A DNA stretch of 40,000 nucleotides from Aeromonas phage AhC3_1. The notes under the pieces are model-generated. The model saw only the letters and a list, made by a program, of their open reading frames with translations, was not told where the DNA came from and made no database searches. This document shows positions 8,525 to 18,397 of this stretch, piece by piece. Position 1 is the first letter of the stretch; each line of letters starts with the position of its first letter. Location: the sequence record PV158447.1; one strand, given 5' to 3'. A program made the position numbers and the translations under genes.

Positions 8525-9130
8525 ATGACTAAGAATGAACTGATCTTCAAAATAAAAGAAACTATCTTCCTGACAGAAATGGCCATTGAACAAACCAGAT
8601 CCCGGAATCCACCCAGTGTCAGACTCTCATACACTCTGGAAAATCTTATTACTCTCGCTCGGGATGGGATTAATGACGACATGTCGGAAGCGTTACCTAG
8701 CATCAAAGATGGATTGGAACAGATGTTATCGGTAATTGAACACTCCCACACTCTTGAGGATTGGATAGAAGGTTGGGATCGTTTCGTCTATAAAGGTCAA
8801 CGTTTCTTTACCTTTATTGATCCAGGCTCGAGTTATTTGAATACGGAAAGTATTCACTCTGATCTGGACAAAGAAACACTGATCAAAGTAATCAAACACA
8901 TCTATAAAACGACGGGTGATTATAACCAAGCTGTCCACTACGTAGCGCCACTTCAACAGGATCTGAGAGATCTTTGTCTGTCGCTTGATTTGGATGACGA
9001 AGCTTACTTTAAACTTCTGAAAGAAATGGCCGATGTGACTATGGGAGGCGGCGATTCTTATAACAATATCACAATTGTGTTGTTCGAGTTAATGCGGCGC
9101 CGGGATATCCTTAAAACTATTGGGGAATAG
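8525..9130 (+). CDS. hypothetical protein (201 aa)
   Basis: ORF; GGGAG upstream of ATG. Confidence 0.87.
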   Translation: MTKNELIFKIKETIFLTEMAIEQTRSRNPPSVRLSYTLENLITLARDGINDDMSEALPSIKDGLEQMLSVIEHSHTLEDWIEGWDRFVYKGQRFFTFIDPGSSYLNTESIHSDLDKETLIKVIKHIYKTTGDYNQAVHYVAPLQQDLRDLCLSLDLDDEAYFKLLKEMADVTMGGGDSYNNITIVLFELMRRRDILKTIGE

Positions 9131-9135
9131 AGATC

Positions 9136-9654
9136 ATGAAAGAAACCATTAGACCAATACATCGTTTCACTGACCTAACTAGTCAGTTCTTTTGTTACGT
9201 AAGTAAAGAGGGTGACGAAATCTTGTTCAGCCGAACTATGTTAAACTTTGAAGGGTATCGAGAAATCAAGAACATCCGAGAAGCCACCATCTTGATGTTC
9301 AATGAGTGTTACTTCTCTCACTTCGAACTGGACGGTGTTTTGATATTCAAAATCTCTGGTTATTTAGTTAACGGGGAACACATCGGAAATGGGCTGATGG
9401 GATCCTTTTCTCACATTGGAGTTATGATCAGTCCTTGGTATCCGTCAAAGGGATGTGTTAGTAGAGCAATTTATGAACATGCGAAACAAAAGTCCAGGGC
9501 TGCCTTTCTGAACACAAAGATCGAACTCACCGAAGATCAGGTTGAAGATAATCCCAAACCAACCAACATTACCAGAGATAAATTGATTACTTCTGCTATT
9601 ATCTCTGGGTTGTTCTGTCTGACTCTCTGGTACGCCCTGTATGGAGTTAAGTGA
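9136..9654 (+). CDS. hypothetical protein with C-terminal transmembrane segment (172 aa)
   Basis: C-terminus LITSAIISGLFCLTLWYALYGVK is a clear hydrophobic span. Confidence 0.83.
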   Translation: MKETIRPIHRFTDLTSQFFCYVSKEGDEILFSRTMLNFEGYREIKNIREATILMFNECYFSHFELDGVLIFKISGYLVNGEHIGNGLMGSFSHIGVMISPWYPSKGCVSRAIYEHAKQKSRAAFLNTKIELTEDQVEDNPKPTNITRDKLITSAIISGLFCLTLWYALYGVK

Positions 9655-10007
9655 TGTTCCGTCGTCTTATCAATAGTTGGGTTAGGAAACGTGTTAAAAA
9701 GCTCATGGAGAGCCGTACAGTCGACTTGATGTTTATGTCGGACTACAATCACATGGTTAAGCGGAAATCTGGAAGTCGGTACTTTAACTACATCGCTTTA
9801 GATGGAAAGATGTACCGAGCTAAATTTAGGTGGTGGAGAACCAGACACTACATCCATTTTGTCAAAGTCCCGTTCCACTTGGGCAAACAAAGACTCGACC
9901 TTCAGAAGTCTCATCATTTTATCAGTATCTACATGTTGGATGAGAAATGGTTAGGATTGAAAATAGAATACCGTAATCCTGAAAGACCTCTGGATAAAAG
10001 GAAATAA
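9651..10007 (+). CDS. hypothetical basic protein (118 aa)
   Basis: ORF overlapping the previous stop by 4 nt (ATGA). Confidence 0.8.
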   Translation: MMFRRLINSWVRKRVKKLMESRTVDLMFMSDYNHMVKRKSGSRYFNYIALDGKMYRAKFRWWRTRHYIHFVKVPFHLGKQRLDLQKSHHFISIYMLDEKWLGLKIEYRNPERPLDKRK

Positions 10008-10009
10008 TT

Positions 10010-10396
10010 ATGAAAATGATCGAAACCGATCTTTACGAAACTCTATATTGTTCTTTAAAGACTGACTACGAAAACAAGAAGTTCACGAAACAGGAAATGG
10101 GGCTTGAACTGTTGTCACTGGTAACGCAGGGAAGGATTACCGGGGAACCTGGAGAAGTGGCCGGAATGTTTGGTTGTTTCCTGCTAGGAAATTCATCGTC
10201 AGACCACTTATTGGAGTACTTGGATAAAGTCAGTGAGAAATCCACCTGGGACAATTCGGAATGGATTGGAAAGATTCTATCTGCTATCAGGGCAGAATCT
10301 CAAGAAAAACAAAATACCCATATCCTGGATTTGTTGGTCACCATTAAACTGTTTGTGATTAAAGATGATCTTGCTTTATTTGCAAGGTCCCTTTAA
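10010..10396 (+). CDS. hypothetical protein (128 aa)
   Basis: ORF, tightly linked. Confidence 0.8.
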   Translation: MKMIETDLYETLYCSLKTDYENKKFTKQEMGLELLSLVTQGRITGEPGEVAGMFGCFLLGNSSSDHLLEYLDKVSEKSTWDNSEWIGKILSAIRAESQEKQNTHILDLLVTIKLFVIKDDLALFARSL

Positions 10397-10432
10397 CTGG
10401 GGTTACCATCCTGTAACTAAACAGGAGGTATC

Positions 10433-10777
10433 ATGAATGATGAAATAATGTTTAAGTTGTCTAACAAACGTTTCAAGACAGAATACGCCACTAATCCAAG
10501 CGGATATAGAAACAACCTACTCCGACAACTACCTGGAGTGAACGCACATCCTCTTACTTTATCATTTCTGGATAGGAATGTGAGTGAAGAGAAGATGAGA
10601 GAGTTTATTGAACTCCAAACAAAGGTAATGAAAGAAGTATTGGGTAAAACACGTTCTACCGAATCTCGGTTAGGTGAACATGTTCTTTTACTTTGTTCAG
10701 ATGCTTTCTTTGAGTTATCTGGGGAAGAAGTTGAATCGGTTATCCGTAAAGTCTTGAGAGACAGTATCAAGTTGTGA
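10433..10777 (+). CDS. hypothetical protein (114 aa)
   Basis: ORF preceded by AGGAGG. Confidence 0.85.
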   Translation: MNDEIMFKLSNKRFKTEYATNPSGYRNNLLRQLPGVNAHPLTLSFLDRNVSEEKMREFIELQTKVMKEVLGKTRSTESRLGEHVLLLCSDAFFELSGEEVESVIRKVLRDSIKL

Positions 10778-11215
10778 TCTGATTGATGGTGAAATGGGTA
10801 TTTTACAAATCAAAATGTATACTATGTATTTCACCGTCTTTTCTCTGACTGTTTTTCTTCTACTTCTCTCTGATTCTCTTCTTACACTTTTGAGTGTTTA
10901 GGAGGGGGTTTGGGGGTGGTCAGGAAGGAACTCGGTCAGGAAGGAATGAAGGTCAAATACCGAAAAGATCGAAAAGATACGGGGGTTGAGGCGGAAGCCT
11001 AATTAGTGATTATTGAGAAGAGAGATAGAGAAAGAGATTAAGAAGAATAGATAAGAGAATTACATTGAATTGAGATAAGGATTAGGGAAAGGGGGTCCGG
11101 GGGAAAACCCAAAAATGAAGAATTAAACTCACTTGGGAGAAATCCTGAGTGGGTAAGGGTTTTGTTTGTTCACTGTTAAATTCATTAATTGCACTATTTA
11201 GATTAAAGAGAGGAA

Positions 11216-11965
11216 ATGACCATGAATGCATCTAAGATTAGTTTCAAAGAGATTCGTGATAATGCTGAACTGATGTCTGAAGTTCTTCAGCGTGCTATTA
11301 AATATTTCAAAGGGAGTAAACTGGGACCGTCAATCGGTTATTTCCGAGACAACGTCATGGGACAGACCATGAAGGTTTATTGTGAGGTAACTAGTGATAA
11401 TAAAGAGATCTCAGTTAAGATAGGGGGTTATACTCACGAGATGAAAATCTACTACACTTCCGAAGAGTGGAAACTGGAAGAACTCCCCGAATTGAAAGAG
11501 TTAAGTGATCGCTTGGTTGCTAATCTCTGTTTCAAACTGAGTCAACATGTCCTGATAAAGATCGAGAACGGGAGATTCGTTGAAGCATTGTCTTCATACG
11601 TACTGGATAATGAATGGGATATTATCCGTGAATGGTATCCCCACGTTACTTGTGAGACGAAAGAGAACGGTTTCAAATACCGCATAGAAACACCTCAGGG
11701 CGATTTGATCCAAAAAGTTAACAAAGTGGTGGGGTTCGATAAACAAAAGCTTCCTGGACTTTCCTGTGGGCTTCTGGACACCCATTTGGGTCGTGGAACT
11801 CATTGGGAGTATGGTGGCGTTATTCCCACCGACACTGCTGAACATTCCGAAGATTGTTACACATTCCACGGAGAGATCTACGATCGTTTGATAGACGATC
11901 TGACTACCTTAGGGATGTTGGGTCACTTGGAGCACGGGATATTCAAACAACGTGTTGAGTTTTAA
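11216..11965 (+). CDS. hypothetical protein (249 aa; start may be the ATG at 11222)
   Basis: Long ORF with GAGAGGAAATG upstream. Confidence 0.87.
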   Translation: MTMNASKISFKEIRDNAELMSEVLQRAIKYFKGSKLGPSIGYFRDNVMGQTMKVYCEVTSDNKEISVKIGGYTHEMKIYYTSEEWKLEELPELKELSDRLVANLCFKLSQHVLIKIENGRFVEALSSYVLDNEWDIIREWYPHVTCETKENGFKYRIETPQGDLIQKVNKVVGFDKQKLPGLSCGLLDTHLGRGTHWEYGGVIPTDTAEHSEDCYTFHGEIYDRLIDDLTTLGMLGHLEHGIFKQRVEF

Positions 11966-11984
11966 TTTAACCAGAGTGTCGTAA

Positions 11985-12914
11985 ATGAACATAATGTTAA
12001 AGGACAGATCGGAGCAGATTGAGTGGGTACTAAACACTAAATCTGAACTTGCGACTTTTGAACAAGTCTTCCCTTTAGCCCAAAAGCAAATCCAGATAGA
12101 TGGGCAGGAAAGTGAGGGAACTAATGCCATTTTGTTAGAAATAGCGAAACAAGCTAAAATCTCTTTTGATTATGAAATGACTCCTTCTATTGCTGGATAT
12201 GAAAGTTTCGTTTCTGCAATTAAAGGTGGGATTGAAAAGATCGAAGACCTAATTCGTGGAGATCGCTCTGCCCGTAAGAAAATCATTCTTGGTAAGGAGC
12301 AAGAAGTAAAGGACGCCATCGCCGAATACACCAGTGAGAAATTTACTTTCAAAAACAAAGAAGGGGATGGTGAAATTCAAACCTCCTTTCCTGGTGGAGT
12401 CAAAACCGTCGGGGAACTGATCTCTGCGATAAAGAAAGCTAACTCCGAAACTAAGTCGATGTTGGTCAAGTATCAGAGTGACGCTACCCAATTCGGTAAG
12501 GTTATGTTGTCGCTTTACAAGAAAGTTGATAAGGGTGGTGAAGTGAGTTCCAAAGAACACCCTTCTCTGATCGATGTGAAACCACTGGAAAGTCTCACCG
12601 ACTCCCTGAAAGATAAGACCAAGAAAAGTCCTGTGAAGATTAAGTTGTTGTCAGAATCCGAAGTGAAAGCTGTCATTATGGTTTTCAAGGAAATTGGAGA
12701 GGCAATGGCTTTTCTGAACAAAGGTCTCGATTCGCTGTATAGCTATTATCGTGCGTATGAAGATTACGATGATTATGATGATGTTCTAAGTGATGTCAGT
12801 AGTAAGATGGATGAACGTATCGATGATATCTCATTCCTTTCGTTAAACTACGAACGTTTTATTACATCAAGTGCTCAAGGATTGGAAGAGGCACTGCTGA
12901 AGTCGATCAAGTAA
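11985..12914 (+). CDS. hypothetical helical protein (309 aa)
   Basis: Long ORF; Lys/Glu-rich helical sequence. Confidence 0.88.
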   Translation: MNIMLKDRSEQIEWVLNTKSELATFEQVFPLAQKQIQIDGQESEGTNAILLEIAKQAKISFDYEMTPSIAGYESFVSAIKGGIEKIEDLIRGDRSARKKIILGKEQEVKDAIAEYTSEKFTFKNKEGDGEIQTSFPGGVKTVGELISAIKKANSETKSMLVKYQSDATQFGKVMLSLYKKVDKGGEVSSKEHPSLIDVKPLESLTDSLKDKTKKSPVKIKLLSESEVKAVIMVFKEIGEAMAFLNKGLDSLYSYYRAYEDYDDYDDVLSDVSSKMDERIDDISFLSLNYERFITSSAQGLEEALLKSIK

Positions 12915-12938
12915 GTTAATTAATATAGGAATTTTGTT

Positions 12939-13364
12939 ATGTCTAATGTCATTGCCTTAGTGCCGGGTAATCGAATGAATTTGGAAGTCGTGTTAGATAA
13001 GTTAGTGGAGTTTGTAGAACGTCTCCGCAAACAAGTCAGTACGAATCAGTTTGAAACCGCTACCAAATTTAACTTCAACCACACGACACTGGGCTATGAG
13101 CTGTGTGCTCGTCCAGCTTACAAGTTTCTGGGTCCTAACCAGATCTGTGCTTGGAAGTGTAAACCTTACGTACAACGTCCTCAGATGAAGCTGGGGAGCT
13201 TTCAGGTGAAGTTGTTTGGAGAGCCTGTGGGTCACATCTTCATCAACGTAGCGCACGTTCTAGGTGACGAGCAGATAAGCAAAGACGACAAACAGATTAC
13301 TGAACTCCTGAATGGAATCATTAAACTAGCTAATCGTCGGACAGAAGAAAAACGAATTGCATAA
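12939..13364 (+). CDS. hypothetical protein (141 aa)
   Basis: ORF. Confidence 0.83.
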   Translation: MSNVIALVPGNRMNLEVVLDKLVEFVERLRKQVSTNQFETATKFNFNHTTLGYELCARPAYKFLGPNQICAWKCKPYVQRPQMKLGSFQVKLFGEPVGHIFINVAHVLGDEQISKDDKQITELLNGIIKLANRRTEEKRIA

Positions 13365-13370
13365 TACAAA

Positions 13371-13400
13371 GGAACTCACACCCAGTTGGGTGTGAGTTCC
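13371..13400 (+). terminator. strong terminator hairpin
   Basis: GGAACTCACACCC-AGTT-GGGTGTGAGTTCC followed by TATTATATTTT. Confidence 0.88.
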
Positions 13401-13415
13401 TATTATATTTTAAGC

Positions 13416-13448
13416 TCCATTTATTTTCAAATAGATATTATTAATATG
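13416..13448 (+). promoter_or_regulatory. conserved 33-nt intergenic element, copy 3
   Basis: TCCATTTATTTTCAAATAGATATTATTAATATG, right after the terminator. Confidence 0.75.
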
Positions 13449-13480
13449 TATAAACAACCAATAAACATTTAGGGGTTAAT

Positions 13481-14113
13481 ATGAAAACTAAACTTACCGC
13501 TTCCCAAAACGTAGACGTTCTCAACATGCTTAAGCGCATAATGAGGGATATGGGTCAGAAGTACCAAGAACAAGGTTTGAACATCGGTACATACCAGATT
13601 GTTGAAAATGGAATCGAAGCCAAATACAATATCCATCTGAAAGTAGATGAGTGGATCGTTGTTATGGATCTGAAATACAATGGTCAAGAGATCGGCTTTT
13701 ACACCGGTGCTATCACTGATCTGGATGATCGTTACATCGGACAACATGCCACCACCCTGATGAACGTCTGGGAATTCCAGCTAGCCAGACCCTGGAAGTT
13801 GGCAATGTTGACAGGGATGAAAATATTAAAGGCAGTTGAACTTGGGATGAGCCTTACCGTTGTTAGTAATAACAACAAGTGGAATGCGGGTAAGGAAGGT
13901 TCCAATGAATCTGGAGATGAGTTCGCGATCACTATTGGAGTTGAACGCGTTAACAATCTGTTTAAGATTTCCCTTGATATTCCTGGCCTGAAAGAATGTA
14001 ACGTAGCTGGTACAATTAGTGTCGGTACGGCAACTGATGTTTCAGAAATAATGACCCTAGTTTCTTCTCTCATTGAACTGTTGGAAGAGAAACTGAGAGC
14101 TCACTATAATTAA
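13481..14113 (+). CDS. hypothetical protein (210 aa)
   Basis: ORF downstream of promoter candidate. Confidence 0.87.
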   Translation: MKTKLTASQNVDVLNMLKRIMRDMGQKYQEQGLNIGTYQIVENGIEAKYNIHLKVDEWIVVMDLKYNGQEIGFYTGAITDLDDRYIGQHATTLMNVWEFQLARPWKLAMLTGMKILKAVELGMSLTVVSNNNKWNAGKEGSNESGDEFAITIGVERVNNLFKISLDIPGLKECNVAGTISVGTATDVSEIMTLVSSLIELLEEKLRAHYN

Positions 14114-14128
14114 TACGAGGATTAATTC

Positions 14129-14458
14129 ATGAAAGAGCTTGGAATTAAAAAAGAAGTAATCGGTAATCCAACACCCCTTTCGGTTTTGGGCCTCTGTAAG
14201 AAACTGGATTGGATTTTAGCCGGATTCGTAACAAGGGTAATCTCAGAAGTCACCACCATCCATACTCTTGTTTACCAGGGAAATGAGATTGAGTTGTCCA
14301 TGACGTTCAAAATCTCCTTGGAAGGTAAGTATTTCGAAATGTACCTGAAAACATCAGAACCAAGGGAGAGAACGACCCAATGGTACGGAGCTGATCTAAC
14401 AGTAGAAGCTCTGCTTGAAACCATTATCCAATTCCTGGAAGGTGCTGATGATGAATGA
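14129..14458 (+). CDS. hypothetical protein (109 aa)
   Basis: ORF. Confidence 0.8.
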   Translation: MKELGIKKEVIGNPTPLSVLGLCKKLDWILAGFVTRVISEVTTIHTLVYQGNEIELSMTFKISLEGKYFEMYLKTSEPRERTTQWYGADLTVEALLETIIQFLEGADDE

Positions 14459-14849
14459 TGGACGTTATGACATCTTTCTCTCTGGCGAAAAGATCAAGAT
14501 CAAAGACTCCCTCGGTAAGGGGGAGTTGGCGATTATCTTTAAACCAGTTAAGAAGAAAGAAGGGTTCGAGTTAATTCATGGGACGTTGAATGATATTCTT
14601 TTGGCCGTTAAGCAGAAGAAGTTGGAATTCACGTTACAGGGCTACTCAACGATCACTGTGCGACACGACGTCAATCTGAGTGGATATGTTCACCTAAAGT
14701 CCTCCCACCTCTCAGATTGTGTTATACGTGATTCTACACTCAAGCTGGTTTGTATTAAACCGTACTCTGAAATCATTAATTGTCAGCTGGAACGGTTTGG
14801 TAAAACAGGAATGGGTAAAGTGGTTCTCCATAACCGCAACTACAATTAA
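14448..14849 (+). CDS. hypothetical protein (133 aa)
   Basis: ORF; ATG at 14448 overlapping the previous gene is preferred over 14415. Confidence 0.75.
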   Translation: MMNDGRYDIFLSGEKIKIKDSLGKGELAIIFKPVKKKEGFELIHGTLNDILLAVKQKKLEFTLQGYSTITVRHDVNLSGYVHLKSSHLSDCVIRDSTLKLVCIKPYSEIINCQLERFGKTGMGKVVLHNRNYN

Positions 14850-14856
14850 GGGATTT

Positions 14857-15168
14857 ATGAAAAGACCTAATCCGTTTTCTCGTTTCATGAACTCGCTGAC
14901 CAGACTCGTTACGAACGATCCGGTTTTCAAACATCGTCCATTGAATGCGATTACGTATAACTCACTAGGTAATCAAGGAAAGATCAAGCAGATCCACTTG
15001 GTTAAGAACAGTGATGGTAATTGTACCGGACATATCACGGTAGAGAAGAAACAGATCCCGATCGTTTCAGAAGGAAGTTCTTTAAAGTTTGGACTTCCCC
15101 CTTACGTCACATTTGATGTGACTCAACAAACCGAAATTACTCACTTCCTCAATACTGTCAATGCTTAA
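14857..15168 (+). CDS. hypothetical protein (103 aa)
   Basis: ORF; ATG 14857 with AAGGGATTT upstream, preferred over the 14719 start. Confidence 0.75.
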   Translation: MKRPNPFSRFMNSLTRLVTNDPVFKHRPLNAITYNSLGNQGKIKQIHLVKNSDGNCTGHITVEKKQIPIVSEGSSLKFGLPPYVTFDVTQQTEITHFLNTVNA

Positions 15169-15184
15169 CTTTGGAGAAAATAAC

Positions 15185-18100
15185 ATGAACAAATTGCCCG
15201 CACTCGTCCTGAACATCCTGGCTCAATTCGTCAACAACCGCGAGATTTATCCTCGTAAAGCTTACGCCGATAAAGACTTCGGTAGTCCTGAAGCGATGTT
15301 TGATCACCTCTGCCGTTCCGTATCCACTCCCCAGACCAGTTTGATCAAAAATCATTCCCATCCTGAAATCTGGGATTTAATCCAAAAATCCAAAAATGAA
15401 CAATGTGATTCATCCATTCTTTTTGAGTTTTTATCGGAAGTGCTCTACACTGCTGAAATTTCCGACCAGAGTAAAGAAATGATTTATTCGGAGATTCTGG
15501 ATTTTATCCATACTTATGCTTCGTTTTATGATGGTCATCTGTACTTCCAATATTACAAACCAAACAAGTATAAACTCCATTCGGTGGACCTTTTCCAGAC
15601 CCTGGATAAGCATTGTGGAATTTCTCAATCTGAAGAAGTGGCGTTGAAAGACACCATCGAAGAACTCTGGGACAATTACGGGGCTGGATTGTTCACGCTT
15701 CTGGATGAGTACATCAAACCAGATGACATCCGTCCCGAAGATCCTACTAAGTGGATTGAATTCACTTCCAAATTGATCAAGCGAGCCGCTATCCAATATG
15801 TGGATAAAGAACCCAAGAAGGAAGAGACCGCACCTGAACAATTCGATGTCAAAGGAGTGAGGGATGAGTGCATGATCCACCCAGCTCATCACGCTCTCGC
15901 TAACCATGAAATGGACATCGGTTATCGCGAACAAATATTGGACATTATGAGGAAGACACCTCTTGAAGTTCTGGAATCTGGGTTGTTTGATTCTGGGATT
16001 ATTCGGAAAATCAAAACTGCTGGCTCTCCAGCACTCCAATACACCGTACTCAGCAACGAGTTCCATCACAAATTCGGTCGTTATGCAAAGATGGAAGAGA
16101 AGAAGAAAGAACTTCCTACCTTTGACTGTGGCCCTACTTTGGAACATCTTGCACAAAAAGGTTTGACCCCGGCAAAAGGCTTCGGCGGTCGTCACTATGA
16201 CGAACCGATGGTTACTGATGAGGATGTGCTGAAATCACTGATCCATTTCCCAGCCCTGTTTGATCTGGTGAAGTGCACCTGGCCAGCAGCAGCCAATACC
16301 AAGATCCTCACTGTTAATGACTTTGTGGATATGTACAACAACATGAGCGATAAGGACCTGGCCAAACACCTCATCGTTCGTTGCACCAATCTGTGCAATC
16401 GCTACAACACCCACATCTCCAAGTTCAAAGATCTGGAAGAGTACCGTCTCTTTGTTGCCGAGAAAGCCAAAGAAAAAGCTGGAAAGATCCCTGGACCTGT
16501 CGTGGTGACGCCGGTGTTTAAACAAGAAACCCATGAACAACGAGAAGCTAAAATGAAAGAACAAAGCAAGATCAATGTGTTCCGCTCCTTCCTGCGTTTC
16601 ATGCAGAACGAACTGACCGACGATGCTGTCTCTGACCTGAACACAGCTATGGAAATCCTGGAAGGTGAATTCACCACTCCCGAGTTCTGGGAGTTCATGG
16701 ATAAGTACGCACCTACCGGTATGCGTTATATGATGATGGGTGACGGCATGGACCAAGACCTGGTCTTCCACGTTGAGGCTCTGTTCTCAGCTCACCGCAT
16801 GCAAGCCATACGTGGTGACAAGTTCGATCTGTCTCCGCAATTCGATAACAAAGACATGCCGCAATGCCAGTGTCCTAGCTGCAAGGCTGACCTGGAAGAT
16901 CGGATGGCTAATCTGGTTTCCGAAGCGATGACCGATGAGCTGCACACTCGGATGAAGAAGGGTGATCTGGGTAAGGATCAGAAAGCCGAGCAGATGGCCC
17001 AAGAACTCATGAGTTCTTTTGCTAGCGAGTTGACTGCTCTCGCGGCCAACATGTTTGGTCCCCGTCCCGGTCCAGGTGTTTCGACTTTGGCTGAAGTAAC
17101 CAAAGACCTACCTAAGTCTTGGAGGGAGTTCGAGAAACAGAAGTTGGATAAAGCCTTTGACGAACTCATCGCTACTATCACCAAAACCCCAATCAAGATC
17201 GAACTTGATGAGGATGTGGTGATGGCTAAACGACGTGATCTTCGTAAAGGCTCCTTCCTTGATGTCAAACTCCCTCTGCCGGTTTGCGACTGCGAACGCT
17301 GCAAAGCTGAAGGTCGTGGTTCTGAGGTAGTAAACAATGCAATTGATGAAATCAGTAAAATGATGGAAGAGATGCTAGAACCTACCAAGGGATTCAATCC
17401 TGGTTTCCTGAAGGCCAACGATCCTGACTTCCGCAATGCGCTCTTCGGTGCGATGAGTAGTGAACTCAGTGAACGTCTGAACTACCGGGACATTTATTTC
17501 CTGGACTCTATTATGGAACCGGGGATGGTACAAGAGAAGGAAAAGAATCCGATGAAGATCCTCAAGGGGCGTGAATTGGTATTGGGTGAGGGTGGTCGTG
17601 ATGGTCGTTTCTTCATGTTCGATCCTGCAACCAACTTCAACCGCCTGGCTGTTGTGATGGGTATTCAGAACGGTTCTCTCCTGAAGTTCGATACATCCAC
17701 CAAGAAACTGGACAGCCTTGCTGACAAGATCATTGCAGGTGAAGTCGACTACCAGGAATCTCTGCGTGAACTCCAGGATATCGGAGAGCGTCACATCGCT
17801 GAGGTCAGCATTAAAGATCTGTTGTTGGTTATTGCCAAGAAGCAAGGTGTCATTGACATCGAGAAGATTACCTTCGATGCAATGAGTCCGAATGACTTCG
17901 GCTCCATCCTCAAATACAAGATCAGCCTGATCCGTCAGTTCAAGGCAGATGTAAAGCTGGAACGGAGCAAGAAGAAGTTGGAGATCCTGCGTAAGGAGAT
18001 GATCGATGCGATTAAAATGGGGATCGCTTCTGCCCAGAAGACCTTTATGACCTCGGACATCAAGAGTGTGGTTGAAACCATCAAGTTGGACAAGGGTAAC

Positions 18101-18289
18101 TTTGCAGGAACTCTCTCTACCTATATCGATACCAGTGACACGATCCCTCAGATCGTTTCCACCTTCGTCCTTGCGCGGAGTAAGAACGGTCCTGTTGGAG
18201 TAGTAACTGAATGGTCTACCAATGACTTCGTCTATGACTCCAAGGTTGCCGAAGCGGTAATTAACCATATCTTCAAAGATCAAGCCTAA
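15185..18289 (+). CDS. large hypothetical protein (1034 aa) with two CxCxxC motifs
   Basis: Longest ORF of the window; GGAG RBS before ATG 15185; motifs CQCPSC and CDCERC. Confidence 0.93.
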   Translation: MNKLPALVLNILAQFVNNREIYPRKAYADKDFGSPEAMFDHLCRSVSTPQTSLIKNHSHPEIWDLIQKSKNEQCDSSILFEFLSEVLYTAEISDQSKEMIYSEILDFIHTYASFYDGHLYFQYYKPNKYKLHSVDLFQTLDKHCGISQSEEVALKDTIEELWDNYGAGLFTLLDEYIKPDDIRPEDPTKWIEFTSKLIKRAAIQYVDKEPKKEETAPEQFDVKGVRDECMIHPAHHALANHEMDIGYREQILDIMRKTPLEVLESGLFDSGIIRKIKTAGSPALQYTVLSNEFHHKFGRYAKMEEKKKELPTFDCGPTLEHLAQKGLTPAKGFGGRHYDEPMVTDEDVLKSLIHFPALFDLVKCTWPAAANTKILTVNDFVDMYNNMSDKDLAKHLIVRCTNLCNRYNTHISKFKDLEEYRLFVAEKAKEKAGKIPGPVVVTPVFKQETHEQREAKMKEQSKINVFRSFLRFMQNELTDDAVSDLNTAMEILEGEFTTPEFWEFMDKYAPTGMRYMMMGDGMDQDLVFHVEALFSAHRMQAIRGDKFDLSPQFDNKDMPQCQCPSCKADLEDRMANLVSEAMTDELHTRMKKGDLGKDQKAEQMAQELMSSFASELTALAANMFGPRPGPGVSTLAEVTKDLPKSWREFEKQKLDKAFDELIATITKTPIKIELDEDVVMAKRRDLRKGSFLDVKLPLPVCDCERCKAEGRGSEVVNNAIDEISKMMEEMLEPTKGFNPGFLKANDPDFRNALFGAMSSELSERLNYRDIYFLDSIMEPGMVQEKEKNPMKILKGRELVLGEGGRDGRFFMFDPATNFNRLAVVMGIQNGSLLKFDTSTKKLDSLADKIIAGEVDYQESLRELQDIGERHIAEVSIKDLLLVIAKKQGVIDIEKITFDAMSPNDFGSILKYKISLIRQFKADVKLERSKKKLEILRKEMIDAIKMGIASAQKTFMTSDIKSVVETIKLDKGNFAGTLSTYIDTSDTIPQIVSTFVLARSKNGPVGVVTEWSTNDFVYDSKVAEAVINHIFKDQA

Positions 18290-18300
18290 CCAAGTATCAA

Positions 18301-18324
18301 CCAGGGACCTTTAGAGGTCCCTGG
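18301..18324 (+). terminator. strong terminator hairpin
   Basis: CCAGGGACCT-TTAG-AGGTCCCTGG followed by TTATCTTTTTTT. Confidence 0.92.
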
Positions 18325-18342
18325 TTATCTTTTTTTATTCTT

Positions 18343-18375
18343 TCTATATTTTTTCAAATAGATATTATTCTAATG
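18343..18375 (+). promoter_or_regulatory. conserved 33-nt intergenic element, copy 4
   Basis: TCTATATTTTTTCAAATAGATATTATTCTAATG. Confidence 0.78.
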
Positions 18376-18397
18376 TTACAACTTGGAGAATTTATTT

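Noticed and set aside
15431-16195. 254-aa minus-strand ORF inside the 1034-aa gene
   Set aside because: Fully antisense to a well-supported gene, no RBS or independent promoter signal.
17375-18283. 302-aa minus-strand ORF inside the 1034-aa gene
   Set aside because: Antisense shadow ORF; the plus-strand frame continues uninterrupted to a strong terminator.
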